Assembly: GCA_963696085.1 (NCBI GenBank)
Contig: CAVOIQ010000004.1
Location: 48,291 to 112,290 of the forward strand
From: an uncultured Actinomycetota bacterium
Lineage (GTDB): Bacteria; Actinomycetota; Actinomycetes; Actinomycetales; Microbacteriaceae
DNA length: 64,000 nucleotides
Direction: 5' to 3'
The position numbers and the translations under genes are program-made. The notes under the pieces were generated by a model. The model had not been told where the DNA came from and ran no database searches. It worked only from the letters and a program-made list of their open reading frames with translations. Positions within the stretch are counted from its first letter, which is position 1, and each line of letters opens with the position of its first letter. Shown piece after piece: positions 29,475-39,836 of this stretch.

Positions 29475-30307
29475 CAGACTCCGGTCCGACCGCAACAGGC
29501 CCTACCCCCGAGCCCGCGCAGGTCTTTCCGCCGACGCTGCGCGAAGTGCTTCTGCGCCCCTGGTGGCTGGGAATGCTCGCGTTTGCACTCGTCGTGGCGG
29601 CAGTGTTCGCGTGGCTCGGTCAGTGGCAGCTCGGGCGTGCGGTCGAATCCGGCCCGGTCGAGCCCGGCCAGACCGAGATCGTCCAGCCCATCGCCGACGT
29701 CGTCGCACCGGGTGAATACCTCTCGGGTCCGCTCGGCGGGCAGCAGGTCGAGGCCGCCGGGGGCTTCATGGCAGACGACTTCCTTGTCGTGTCGTCTCGG
29801 TACAACAACGACGTGGAGGGGTACTGGGTGACCGGGCAGTTCCGCATCGACGGTACAGCTGAACCCACGTCGGTTGCGGTCGCCGTCGGATGGACGGACG
29901 ATCGAGAAGAGGCAGACGCTGCGGCATCCGCCCTCAATTCGGATCCTCCCCAGAATCTCGAGGTCTCCGGCCGGCTGATCGCCGACGAAGGGCCGGCCCT
30001 TCCTCCACGAGGAGCAGAGCCGGATGAGATGACCCGGATGTCGCCCGCAGCGCTCCTCAGCCGCTGGCACGACATCGCAGAGCTCAACGTCTACCGTCCC
30101 TATCTCGCCTCGACGGAACCGCTCGGAGACCTCACCGCCATCGACTCGCCCGCCCCCGACGAGGGCTCTAGCGTCAACTGGCTGAACATCTTCTACGCCA
30201 TCGAGTGGGCGGTCTTCGCCGGCTTCGCGTTCTACATGTGGTACCGACTGGGCAAAGACGCGTGGGAGAAAGAGGTCGAGGAACTCGAGGACGGCGAATC
30301 CGCCTAA
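29471..30307 (+). CDS. SURF1-family membrane protein
   Basis: N-terminal TM ending LGQWQLGR; C-terminal NWLNIFYAIEWAVFAGF. Confidence 0.85.
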   Translation: MTDSGPTATGPTPEPAQVFPPTLREVLLRPWWLGMLAFALVVAAVFAWLGQWQLGRAVESGPVEPGQTEIVQPIADVVAPGEYLSGPLGGQQVEAAGGFMADDFLVVSSRYNNDVEGYWVTGQFRIDGTAEPTSVAVAVGWTDDREEADAAASALNSDPPQNLEVSGRLIADEGPALPPRGAEPDEMTRMSPAALLSRWHDIAELNVYRPYLASTEPLGDLTAIDSPAPDEGSSVNWLNIFYAIEWAVFAGFAFYMWYRLGKDAWEKEVEELEDGESA

Positions 30308-30365
30308 CCCTCACAACCGGATGCCGGGGGAGGCTCGCTCTCGCCCCACGGTTAGAATGGGGATC

Positions 30366-30872
30366 ATGCCCCGACAGCCCAAACTCGCCTCGTTTCCGGC
30401 GATCCGCGGAGCTCTGCGGTTCTACCAGATCTGCTCCATCATCACGGGTGTCGGGCTTCTGCTGCTGTGCACCGAGATGCTTCTGAAGTACACCCCGCTG
30501 CACGTCGAACTCTTCCTCGGCGGCTCAGGCGGATTCCTCTGGTTCGCCCCCGTCGTCCCCGGTGTCGACGGTGGCCTCGTCTCGACCGGCGACGGTATCA
30601 ACCTGTCGCTGGCGATCCTCATCGTGCACGGCTGGTTCTACGTCGTCTATCTCTTCGCGTGCTTCCGCGTGTGGAGCCTGATGCGCTGGAGCTTCATCCG
30701 CTTCATCATGCTCGCGCTCGGCGGCATCGTGCCCTTCCTCTCGTTCGTGATGGAGGCTCGCGTCGCGCGCGACGTGAAGAGCTACCTCGCACGTCGTGAG
30801 GATGCCGAGCTGCACTCCCGCGCCGAGCACTCGTCTTTGACCCAAGCGATCCCGACGGAGAACAAGCGTTGA
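30366..30872 (+). CDS. DUF3817 integral membrane protein
   Basis: [33 protein letters not shown]. Confidence 0.85.
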   Translation: MPRQPKLASFPAIRGALRFYQICSIITGVGLLLLCTEMLLKYTPLHVELFLGGSGGFLWFAPVVPGVDGGLVSTGDGINLSLAILIVHGWFYVVYLFACFRVWSLMRWSFIRFIMLALGGIVPFLSFVMEARVARDVKSYLARREDAELHSRAEHSSLTQAIPTENKR

Positions 30873-32449
30873 CCACTCAGACCGAAACGGCCCAGAAGCC
30901 GGTCCTCGTCGTTGACTTCGGCGCACAGTACGCCCAGCTGATCGCACGTCGTGTGCGCGAGGCGGGCGTGTACAGCGAGATCGTGCCGCACACGGTGACC
31001 GCCGCGGAGATCGCGGCGAAGGAACCCGTGGGGATCATCCTCTCGGGCGGGCCGTCTTCGGTCTACGAGCCGAATGCACCGCAGCTCGACCCCGGCGTGC
31101 TCGAACTCGGCGTGCCGACGCTCGGCATTTGCTACGGCTTCCAGGTGATGGCGCAGCAGCTCGGCGGCGAGGTCTCCAACACCGGCTTGCGCGAGTACGG
31201 CGCGACGGACGCCACGGTCCTCACCGAAGGTGTCCTCCTTCACGGCCAGCCCCCGCTGCAGAACGTCTGGATGAGCCACGGCGATCAGGTGTCGAAGGCC
31301 CCGGACGGGTTCGAGGTCCTCGCTCGCACCGCAGTGACGCCCGTCGCTGCTTTCGCGAGCGACACCCGTAAGTTCTACGGCGTGCAGTGGCACCCCGAGG
31401 TCAAGCACTCCGACTTCGGCCAGCGAGTGCTCGAGAACTTCCTGCACAACGCGGCAGGCATTGCCGCCGACTGGAACAGCGGCAACGTGATCGCCGAGCA
31501 GGTCGACCGGATCCGCGCCCAGATCGGCACGAGCCGCGTGATCTGCGGCCTCTCCGGCGGTGTCGACTCGGCCGTGGCCGCGGCGCTCGTGCACAAGGCC
31601 GTCGGTGACCAGCTCGTCTGCATCTTCGTCGACCACGGCCTCCTCCGAAAGGACGAGCGCGAGCAGGTCGAACAGGACTACGTCGCCTCGACCGGTGTGC
31701 GCCTCGTGACGATCGACGCGCGCGAGCAGTTCCTCGCTGCGCTCGCGGGCGTCAGCGACCCCGAGCAGAAGCGCAAGATCATCGGTCGCGAGTTCATCCG
31801 CACGTTCGAGCAGGCCGAAGCAGCCCTGGTGGCCGAAGCAGAAGCCGACGGCGAGCCGATCCGGTTCCTCGTCCAGGGGACGCTGTACCCCGACGTCGTC
31901 GAGTCCGGCGGCGGAACAGGCACCGCCAACATCAAGAGCCACCACAACGTGGGCGGCCTGCCCGAAGACCTGCAGTTCGAACTCGTCGAGCCGCTGCGGA
32001 CGCTGTTCAAGGATGAGGTCCGCGCGATCGGACGGGAACTCGGGCTGCCCGAAGTGATCGTCGGCCGCCAGCCGTTTCCGGGGCCAGGCCTCGGCATCCG
32101 GATCGTGGGTGAGGTCACCGCTGACAACCTCGAGATTCTGCGTGAGGCCGACGCCATCGCCCGCGAAGAACTGACCAAGGCCGGCCTTGACGATGAGATC
32201 TGGCAGTGCCCCGTCGTGCTGCTGGCCGGCGTCCGCTCCGTCGGCGTGCAGGGAGACGGTCGCACCTACGGCCACCCGATCGTGCTGCGTCCGGTATCGA
32301 GCGAAGACGCGATGACGGCCGATTGGACGCGCCTGCCGTACGACGTGCTCTCGAAGATCTCCAACCGCATCACCAACGAGGTGCGCGATGTCAACCGTGT
32401 CGTGCTTGACGTGACGTCGAAGCCGCCGGGAACGATCGAGTGGGAGTAA
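30869..32449 (+). CDS. guaA: GMP synthase (glutamine-hydrolysing)
   Basis: [39 protein letters not shown]; TTG start. Confidence 0.98.
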   Translation: MTTQTETAQKPVLVVDFGAQYAQLIARRVREAGVYSEIVPHTVTAAEIAAKEPVGIILSGGPSSVYEPNAPQLDPGVLELGVPTLGICYGFQVMAQQLGGEVSNTGLREYGATDATVLTEGVLLHGQPPLQNVWMSHGDQVSKAPDGFEVLARTAVTPVAAFASDTRKFYGVQWHPEVKHSDFGQRVLENFLHNAAGIAADWNSGNVIAEQVDRIRAQIGTSRVICGLSGGVDSAVAAALVHKAVGDQLVCIFVDHGLLRKDEREQVEQDYVASTGVRLVTIDAREQFLAALAGVSDPEQKRKIIGREFIRTFEQAEAALVAEAEADGEPIRFLVQGTLYPDVVESGGGTGTANIKSHHNVGGLPEDLQFELVEPLRTLFKDEVRAIGRELGLPEVIVGRQPFPGPGLGIRIVGEVTADNLEILREADAIAREELTKAGLDDEIWQCPVVLLAGVRSVGVQGDGRTYGHPIVLRPVSSEDAMTADWTRLPYDVLSKISNRITNEVRDVNRVVLDVTSKPPGTIEWE

Positions 32450-32481
32450 CTACTCAACCCGAGTAACTACTAACCCGAGTA
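32444..32481 (+). repeat. Short tandem duplication spanning the guaA stop
   Basis: GAGTAACTACTCAACCC (32444-32460), GAGTAACTACTAACCC (32461-32476), then GAGTA. Confidence 0.8.
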
Positions 32482-32496
32482 GCTCCCCGCGCAACG

Positions 32497-32532
32497 AAGA
32501 AGGCCCGTCCGGATCACCGGACGGGCCTTCTT
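32497..32532. terminator. Bidirectional terminator between guaA and the yccA-like gene
   Basis: Perfect 16-bp stem AAGAAGGCCCGTCCGG-ATCA-CCGGACGGGCCTTCTT. Confidence 0.88.
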
Positions 32533-32543
32533 GCGAGTGGTTG

Positions 32544-33464
32544 CTAGTTGCTGCCGCGAGCGATCGCGATGATGCGGAGGATCTCGACGTACAGCCACAC
32601 GACAGTGACCATGATGCCGAAGGCGCCGAGCCATGCCATCTGACGGGGTGCGCCGTTGCGGACACCGCTCTGGATCGAGTCGAAGTCGAGGACGAGCGAG
32701 TACGCCGCCATGATCACGACGATGACCCCGATCAGGACGCCCCACGGGATGCCGAAGAGGAAGCTGGGCTGGCTGCCCATACCGAACGGACCAGCGCTGT
32801 TGGGGCCGCTGAAAGCACCGAACATCATCATCACGACGTTGATCAGCGAGAAGACCAAGTAGCCGAGCATCGCGATCATGAAGATCTTGGTGGCCCTCTT
32901 CGACGCGCGCACCTTGCCGCTGGCGAACAGCGCGAGCGTTACGCCGACGACCGAGAGCGTCGCCACGGTTGCCTGAACGACGATGCCGGGCCACAGGTGC
33001 TCGAAGTACGCCGAGATGCCACCGATGAACAAGCCCTCGGCCGCGGCGTACCCGAAGATGAGCAACGGGCGGATCTTCTTCCTCGAGGTGAAGATGACGA
33101 CCATCGCGAGGACGAACCCGGCGAGTGCGCCGATCAGCCACGGGGTGAGGTTGACGTTGTCGGGGGTCGCGGCGGTGACACCGGACATCGTCCAGATCCA
33201 GCCGACCGCTGCCGTCACGAGAAGGATCGCGAACAGGCCGACCGTCTTGAGGACGGTGTCTTCGACCGTCATGCGGTTGGTCTCGACCGCACCGGCGGAG
33301 GGGGCGGCGTACATGCCTTCGAGGTTCGCCTGTGCGGCGACGTTGACACCCTGCAGCTGCGCGGTGGCAGCCTGGGTCTGGGCGCCTGGAGCGGCCGGCG
33401 GGGTGAGCCCGGGCTTCTGCTCCTTGAACGCGGGGTTGTCGAATGCGGGGTTTCTGAGGGCCAC
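32544..33464 (-). CDS. Bax inhibitor-1/YccA-family membrane protein
   Basis: RMTVEDTV, YAAAEGLFIGGIS, SLVLDFD, WLYVEILRI; GTG 33464 with GGAG SD. Confidence 0.9.
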   Translation of the reverse strand: MALRNPAFDNPAFKEQKPGLTPPAAPGAQTQAATAQLQGVNVAAQANLEGMYAAPSAGAVETNRMTVEDTVLKTVGLFAILLVTAAVGWIWTMSGVTAATPDNVNLTPWLIGALAGFVLAMVVIFTSRKKIRPLLIFGYAAAEGLFIGGISAYFEHLWPGIVVQATVATLSVVGVTLALFASGKVRASKRATKIFMIAMLGYLVFSLINVVMMMFGAFSGPNSAGPFGMGSQPSFLFGIPWGVLIGVIVVIMAAYSLVLDFDSIQSGVRNGAPRQMAWLGAFGIMVTVVWLYVEILRIIAIARGSN

Positions 33465-33616
33465 GGCTCTCACACTCCAAAGTCGTTTGCGACACAACGC
33501 ATCTGCTGTGTGTTAGCAAGGATATCCGAACAGGGGTGAACCCGTCACGCGCGGTGCTGTGAGCCCGCTATGAACAGCCGCGGGTCAGCGGCTGACAGCC
33601 CGCGTAGCCTGGATGG

Positions 33617-34651
33617 ATGCCGCGCCCCACTTCTCCGCTGATCGCGCAGCGCCCGCTCGTGATCGGTCATCGGGGTGCACCCGGCTATCGTCCCGAGCAC
33701 AGTCGGTCGTCCTACGACCTGGCGATCGAGTTCGGCGTCGATGCGGTCGAACCCGACGTGGTCTTCTCGAAGGACGGCGTCTTAGTCGTGCGCCACGAGA
33801 ACGAGATCTCGGGCACGACGGATGTGGCGGACCATCCGGAATTCGCCGAGCGGCGTGCAACCAAGTCGATCGACGGCTCGGAGGTCACCGGCTGGTTCAC
33901 CGAGGACTTCACGTGGGCGGAACTGGCGACGCTGACGTGCCGCGAGAGGCTGCCGAAGCTGCGTCCTGGCAGTGCGTCGTTCGACGACACGCAGCCGATT
34001 CTGCGGCTCAGCGATCTCCTCGATCTCATGCGAGGCGCTTCGCTGGAGAGGGGCCGGGAGATCGGCGTCGTGCTGGAGATCAAACACGCAACCTACTTCG
34101 AGGGTCTCGGCTTCGACGTGGCAGGCGTCATCGTCGACGAGCTGCGATCGGCGGGGTGGGCCTCGGGGGAGCATCCGCTCACGATCGAGTCGTTTGAATT
34201 GACCATCCTGGAAAAGGTGCGCTCGCACGGTGTGGACGGCACGTATATCTATCTCCTTCAGGCGTCCGGCAGCCCGGCAGACCTCGTGGCGGCACGCGGA
34301 GACGCGGCGCCGACCTTCGCATCGCTGGCGGATCCGGCCGGTCTTGACACGTTGATCGGTGTCGTCGACGGCATCAGTGTCGACAAGCGGATGATCCTCG
34401 GACCAGGCCGCCTCGGCCGCGCGACCGGCCCCACGAGCGTCGTGAACGACGCACACGAGCGGGGCCTGCGCGTTTTCACCTGGACATGCCGCCCGGAGAA
34501 TACGTTCTTGATGGCTCAGTTCCGTAAGTCGGGTGGCAAAGGCGCATTCGGTGATTGGGAATCCGAATGGCAACTGATCGCAGATGCGGGCGTTGACGGC
34601 GTCTTCGTCGATCACCCCGACCTGGGTGTCGCCTTCTTCCGCGATCGGTGA
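33617..34651 (+). CDS. Glycerophosphodiester phosphodiesterase (GlpQ/UgpQ family)
   Basis: IGHRGA, EHS, VEPDVVFSKDGVLVVRHE, LEIKH, FTWT, GVFVDHPD. Confidence 0.93.
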   Translation: MPRPTSPLIAQRPLVIGHRGAPGYRPEHSRSSYDLAIEFGVDAVEPDVVFSKDGVLVVRHENEISGTTDVADHPEFAERRATKSIDGSEVTGWFTEDFTWAELATLTCRERLPKLRPGSASFDDTQPILRLSDLLDLMRGASLERGREIGVVLEIKHATYFEGLGFDVAGVIVDELRSAGWASGEHPLTIESFELTILEKVRSHGVDGTYIYLLQASGSPADLVAARGDAAPTFASLADPAGLDTLIGVVDGISVDKRMILGPGRLGRATGPTSVVNDAHERGLRVFTWTCRPENTFLMAQFRKSGGKGAFGDWESEWQLIADAGVDGVFVDHPDLGVAFFRDR

Positions 34652-34718
34652 ACGCACGACGCGCTGCACGCAGGACGCCCGTCTGCGCGAAAGAGGCGCA
34701 CACCAATAGGCTCAGCTT

Positions 34719-37700
34719 GTGAAGACGGCGACGAAGCGGGGCATCCTCGCCGTCGTCGTGTCGATTGTGCTGATCTCCCTCGGCGCGGGGGTTGGGGTCG
34801 TCCTTTCCGATGCCCTCGGCATCCGGACGGAGCCGGCCACGCAGATGGAACCCGCAGCACCCGCCGTTCCCGTCGCAACGACGGCCGTCCCCCCGCCGCT
34901 GTTCACCACGGTGGATGACGCGCAGCGGGACGAACGTGTCAACGTCGCCCTCGAGGAGCTGTCCGATGCCGTGGCCGACGCCCCTGAGCGCGCGGGCGAA
35001 GCAACACTGACCATCGTGCCGGGCACGGGCGACCCGGCAGACGAGACGTATCGACTGAGCGGAACGGCCGATGCGCTCCAGATCGAGGCCGCGAGCGAAA
35101 CCGGTGCGGTGCGGGGCGTCTACGACCTCGCCGCCCAGGTGCGTGCCGGTCGATCCGTGACGGAGCACCTCGGTGAGGAGGTCACCTCCCGGCTGCCGTT
35201 CCGCATGGTCGACATGGGCGCAGTCGCGGTGACGCCGGATCCCGCCGAGTGGGAAGCGGGCACCGACTACTCGCACGCGTCCAAGGCGTTCGCCGATGTG
35301 ATCCTGCCCGATGCGCCGTACATCGACCCGGAGTCGCTCGCGGACGCGTATGCGGATTTCGATACGTTCCTTCGTCACTCACTCGCGAACGGGTACAACG
35401 CCGTCGCCTGGCCCGGCCTCGTCGAGTACCTCACCTTCGACGATATCCCGGGCGGGCCTTTGTACCTCGAGGGCGACGACCATCGAGCCAAGGCGTTCGC
35501 GCTGGTGGATGCGTTCGGGCCGTTCTGGGACCACGCGCAGGAGCTCGGTATGAAGGTCTTCCTGCGCACGGACATGCTGACCTTGACCACTCCGCTCGAG
35601 GAGTATCTGACGGACCGGTTCGGGTCGCTCGACACGGAGAACCCGGAGCTCTGGGACGTGTACGCCGCCGGACTCGATGAGATCTATGCGGCCGCGCCCG
35701 CACTCGATGGTGTGCTCATCCGCATCGGCGAGGCGGGCAGCGTCTACGACGTGGAGGGATGGGACTACTATTCCCAGCTCGCAGTGACCTCGCCCGAGGC
35801 GGTCCGCACGATGCTGACGACGCTCACGGCGCAGGCCGAAGCATCCGATCGAGAAGTGATCTTCCGCACCTGGAGCGTCGGGGTCGGCGCGGTCGGCGAC
35901 ATGCACACGAACGATGCGTCGTATGAAGCCGTGCTCGGGGGCATCGACTCACCGGCGCTCATCGTCTCGACGAAGTACACGCTGGGCGACTTCTACAGTT
36001 GGCTGCCGCTGAACACCACCCTCGAGCAGGGAAGCCAGCGTCGGATCATCGAGTTCCAAAGCCGCCGCGAATTCGAGAATTTCGGCGCGTTCCCCAACGA
36101 CCTCGGGCCCGAATACCAATTCGCGATGCAGAGTCTCCTTGCCGCGAACGACAACATCGAGGGCATCTGGACGTGGACGCAGGATGGCGGGCCCTGGCGT
36201 GCAGGCCCTATGACCCTGTACCTGAAGGCGGGGTTCTGGCAGCTGTACGAGCTGAACACGATGCTCGCCGCACACCTCGCGCGTGACCCCGACACCGATG
36301 TCGCGGAGGTGACCGAGGGGTGGGCGCGGCAATGGTTCTCGGACGATCCGGCGCACGGCGTCCGCGATCGTCGAGGCGATGTCGATGTCGCGCTCCGCCG
36401 TCGAACAGGGCCTCTACATCGAGCCGTTCGCCGATCAGCGGGTATTCGCCATCGGGCTCGAACCGCCGCCCATGATGTGGATCTTCGAGTGGGACATCGT
36501 CACGGGTGATTCGGCCGTGCTGGATGTCATCTACGCGATTTCGCGCGACGCCACCGGCGGTGACATCGAAAAGGCGATCGTCGGCGGCGAGCAGGCCGTG
36601 ACCGATGCCGAGAAGATGCGGGACCTGATCGACGGGACGGATGCCGCGACCTGGCACGACCCTGCCATGCGGGACGCCTTCGTCGGCACGATGGACTATC
36701 AGGTCGACGTGCTGAAGCTCCTCGCGGCCAATCGGGCGATGATCCTCCACCAAGCGCAGTGGCACGACACGCTCTCGTCGGATGCCTACGCCGCGTGGCA
36801 ATCCGATCGCGATGAATTCCAGGAGCTCGCCGCCGCCCACACCGCGACCTACACCGGCGATGTCAACTTCCCGGCATACAACCTCACTGCCGCACAGCTC
36901 GGCGTGCAGCGCGCCGACCGGGATATGGCGATGGCGTGGGCGGCGCGCATCCTGCTGATCCTCGCGCTGGCGTGGCTTGTCATCGGCATGGTCTCATCGC
37001 GTACACGTTTGGTGCGTCGCCCCGGAGCGGCGGCCGCACGCGCGGGATGGCTGGCATCGACGCGCCCGTGGCGGGCGAGGGAATCGACGCTGGGGATGCT
37101 TCCACTCGACCGGTGGCTGCTTCTCGGTGTGCCCGCCGTGCTGCTCGTGGCGACCCGTGCCGTGCAGACGTCGTTCCTTTCGTGGAGCCACCTCGCCGTG
37201 GTGCTGGGCGCATGGATCATCGCTGTGATCGTCGTAAGGCTGCTCGTCGGGCGGCGATCGCCGTGGCCGATCATCGCCGCCGCCGGCGGAGTGGTCGTGC
37301 TGCGCTGCATCCTCGCGCTGGCCGCGCTGTCGCTCACGGGTCCGGGCGGCTACTGGTTCGCGTTCTGGACCGATCCGACCCGCCGGACGATCTATGTCTC
37401 GCTCGCATTCGCCCTGTTCATTTGGGTCTTCGTCGCTGCGGGATGGGCACTCGCCGCACAGATCGGTGCGCGGCGCGCGACGGGCACAGTGCTCGCAGGG
37501 GTCGGCGCGGGGCTCGCGATTCCCGCCGCCATCGTCGGGATCATCGGGCTCGAGCAGGCCCTCAGTTTCTGGAACGACGAAATGGGCCTGCTGCCGTGGG
37601 GGCTCGCGCGCATTCTCGGCATCACCGTGTATCTCGACATCCCAGGCGACACCGCGTGGTATGCCGCCGGCTTCGGCGCGATCATCTGCGTCATCGGGGT

Positions 37701-37749
37701 GCTGTTGGCGATCAGATGGCGGCGCGCCGAGCCTCAGGGTCGCTCGTAG
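34719..37749 (+). pseudogene. ~1000-aa membrane-anchored glycoside-hydrolase-like protein with C-terminal multi-TM domain; one apparent +1 frameshift at ~36352
   Basis: N-terminal TM; hexosaminidase-like N domain (ETYRL...IEAASETGAVRGVYDL); TIM-barrel-like region (GVLIRIGE, IFRTW, STKYTLGDF). Deleting one base gives DDPATASAIVEAMSMSR, joining ORFs 34719 and 36379. Confidence 0.65.
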
Positions 37750-37770
37750 CTGGAGCAATACAGTGTGGTC

Positions 37771-38700
37771 ATGGCCACAGGAATCGCAGCCCATGGAGTC
37801 CGTCGATCGTTCGGTGAGGTCCACGCGGTCCGCGACGTGACACTCGACGCGCGCGAGGGGGCTGTGACCGGCCTCGTCGGCCCGAACGGGTCGGGCAAGA
37901 CGACCCTGCTCCTCATGCTCGCGTCGTTGCTGGCGCCGGATGCCGGCGAGGTCCGCATCGCCGGCATCGACCCGATCGCCGACCCCGCCGCGGCTCGCGC
38001 GGTCCTCGGCTGGATGCCCGACGCGCTCGGTGCGTGGCCGTCTCTCACCGCCCGCGAGACGATTGCGATGACGGGACGGCTGTACGGCATGGACAAAGAC
38101 GCCTCGTCGCGGCGCGCGGACGTGCTGCTGGGTGAGGTCGGACTCGAAGAGCTCGGTGCGGCGCCCGCGCGGGTCCTTTCTCGGGGGCAGAAGCAGCGGC
38201 TGGGTCTTGCCCGTGCGCTCGTCCACGACCCGCGCGTGCTGCTCCTGGACGAGCCCGCGTCGGGCCTCGACCCGCAGGCGCGCATCGACCTGCGCACACT
38301 CCTCCGCCGATATGCCGCCGAGGGGCGCACGATTCTCATTTCCAGCCATATTCTCTCGGAGCTCGAAGAGGTGGTCGACGATGCCGTGTTCCTCGTCGCG
38401 GGGGAGACGGTCAGCTCCGAGCGCGTCGCCGAGGCCGCCGGCCGGACGCGCACGTGGCGTATCCGGATCGCGGATGTCGAAGCATCCGTCGCCGTCCTTC
38501 CGGTCGCGCACGCGCTGGGCCTCGACGTCGCGCTCGTCCCCATCGACCGCCGCGACATTCTGGTGTCGTTCGAATCGGACGCCGCGGCCGCTGCGGGCCT
38601 CGCCGCGCTCGTCGGCGCGGGGGTTGCCGTAGCCGAATTCTCTGCAGCGACGGGGATGCTCGAGCATACGTTCCTCGATCTCGAAGGAGGCGCTCGATGA
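37771..38700 (+). CDS. ABC-2 type exporter ATP-binding protein
   Basis: GPNGSGKTT, LSRGQKQRLGLA, LDEPASGLDP, SSHILSE; ATG 37771 lies 6 nt after -10 TACAGT. Confidence 0.92.
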   Translation: MATGIAAHGVRRSFGEVHAVRDVTLDAREGAVTGLVGPNGSGKTTLLLMLASLLAPDAGEVRIAGIDPIADPAAARAVLGWMPDALGAWPSLTARETIAMTGRLYGMDKDASSRRADVLLGEVGLEELGAAPARVLSRGQKQRLGLARALVHDPRVLLLDEPASGLDPQARIDLRTLLRRYAAEGRTILISSHILSELEEVVDDAVFLVAGETVSSERVAEAAGRTRTWRIRIADVEASVAVLPVAHALGLDVALVPIDRRDILVSFESDAAAAAGLAALVGAGVAVAEFSAATGMLEHTFLDLEGGAR

Positions 38701-39806
38701 GCGCCGCGAGGCTGTGGACGATCACCCGGTTGGAGCTGCTCCAGCGGGTGCGCACCGTGTCGTGGTACGTCCTACTGGGGATCTTCGCGCTCCTCCTGGT
38801 GGGGGTCACGGCGCTCGCCTTCCTCGCGTTCGGAGGTGTCGACTCGGCTTTCGCGGCCGATACGGATGGCGCGAGGCGTGGATCGGGCATCTACTCGACG
38901 ATCGTCTACATCACGCTGCTGCTGGTCGTCTTGGTCTCGCCGACGCTGAGCGGCAACTCGATCAACGGCGACCGGGATGCCGCAACCCTCGCACCCGTTC
39001 AAGTGACCTTGGCCACGACCGGCGAGATTCTGCTCGGCAAGCTGCTCGCGGCATGGATCACCGGCCTCGCCTTCGTCGGCGTCGCGGTGCCGTTCCTCAT
39101 CATCGCGACCTTCGCGGGAGGCGTGCAGCCGTGGACGGTCGTCGTGTCCCTGCTCGTCCTCATCATCGAGATCGGAGTCGTCTCGGCGATCGGGGTCGGG
39201 CTCAGCGGCATCCTGGCCCGCCCGCTTTTCTCGGTCGCCGCCACATACCTCGTCGTCGCCTTCCTCACCGTCGGAACCCTCATCGGGTTCGGGCTGATCG
39301 GGTCGGCGTTCGGTTCGGAGTCGGTCTCGAAATATCGTTCAGCGGAGTACGACTCGAACGGCGCCCCGGTGTGCAAAGACGGTTCGGAGAGCTGTTGGAA
39401 CAACCCGGAGGAGTGGATCTGCGGCGACTGGGAGACCACCACCTACCAGGCGCCGAGATTCGATCGGGTGTGGTGGATGCTCGCCGCCAATCCGTTCGTG
39501 ATCCTCGCGGATGCGACTCCGTCGACCTTCGACGGGTATGGAAACCCGGTCGACCTCTTCGGTCAGGTGAAGTCGGGCGTGCGCTACGCCCAGCTGACTC
39601 CCGACCTCGAACAGACGTGGGACGAGTGCGCCCCGCCGGTTTCGGAGAGCTCGCCAACGCCGGAGGACATCATCGCCACAACGGTGCCGAGCTGGTTCGT
39701 CGGGCTCGGCGTGCAACTGCTCCTCAGCGTGGGACTGCTGTGGTGGGCGTGGGCAAGAACCCGAACCCCCGCACGGAAGCTCCCACCCGGAACGCGCATC
39801 GCCTGA
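38697..39806 (+). CDS. ABC-2 type permease with Cys-containing extracellular loop
   Basis: ATGA overlap; INGDRDAATL..VQVT, ILLGKLLAAW; loop with several Cys residues. Confidence 0.85.
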   Translation: MSAARLWTITRLELLQRVRTVSWYVLLGIFALLLVGVTALAFLAFGGVDSAFAADTDGARRGSGIYSTIVYITLLLVVLVSPTLSGNSINGDRDAATLAPVQVTLATTGEILLGKLLAAWITGLAFVGVAVPFLIIATFAGGVQPWTVVVSLLVLIIEIGVVSAIGVGLSGILARPLFSVAATYLVVAFLTVGTLIGFGLIGSAFGSESVSKYRSAEYDSNGAPVCKDGSESCWNNPEEWICGDWETTTYQAPRFDRVWWMLAANPFVILADATPSTFDGYGNPVDLFGQVKSGVRYAQLTPDLEQTWDECAPPVSESSPTPEDIIATTVPSWFVGLGVQLLLSVGLLWWAWARTRTPARKLPPGTRIA

Positions 39807-39836
39807 CAACGCCAAGAGCGAAGAGATAGAGACCTC

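Noticed and set aside
33540-33600. TCAG/CTGA-type repeats upstream of the yccA-like gene as a response-regulator box
   Set aside because: The matches are too short and degenerate to support without a PWM or conservation data.
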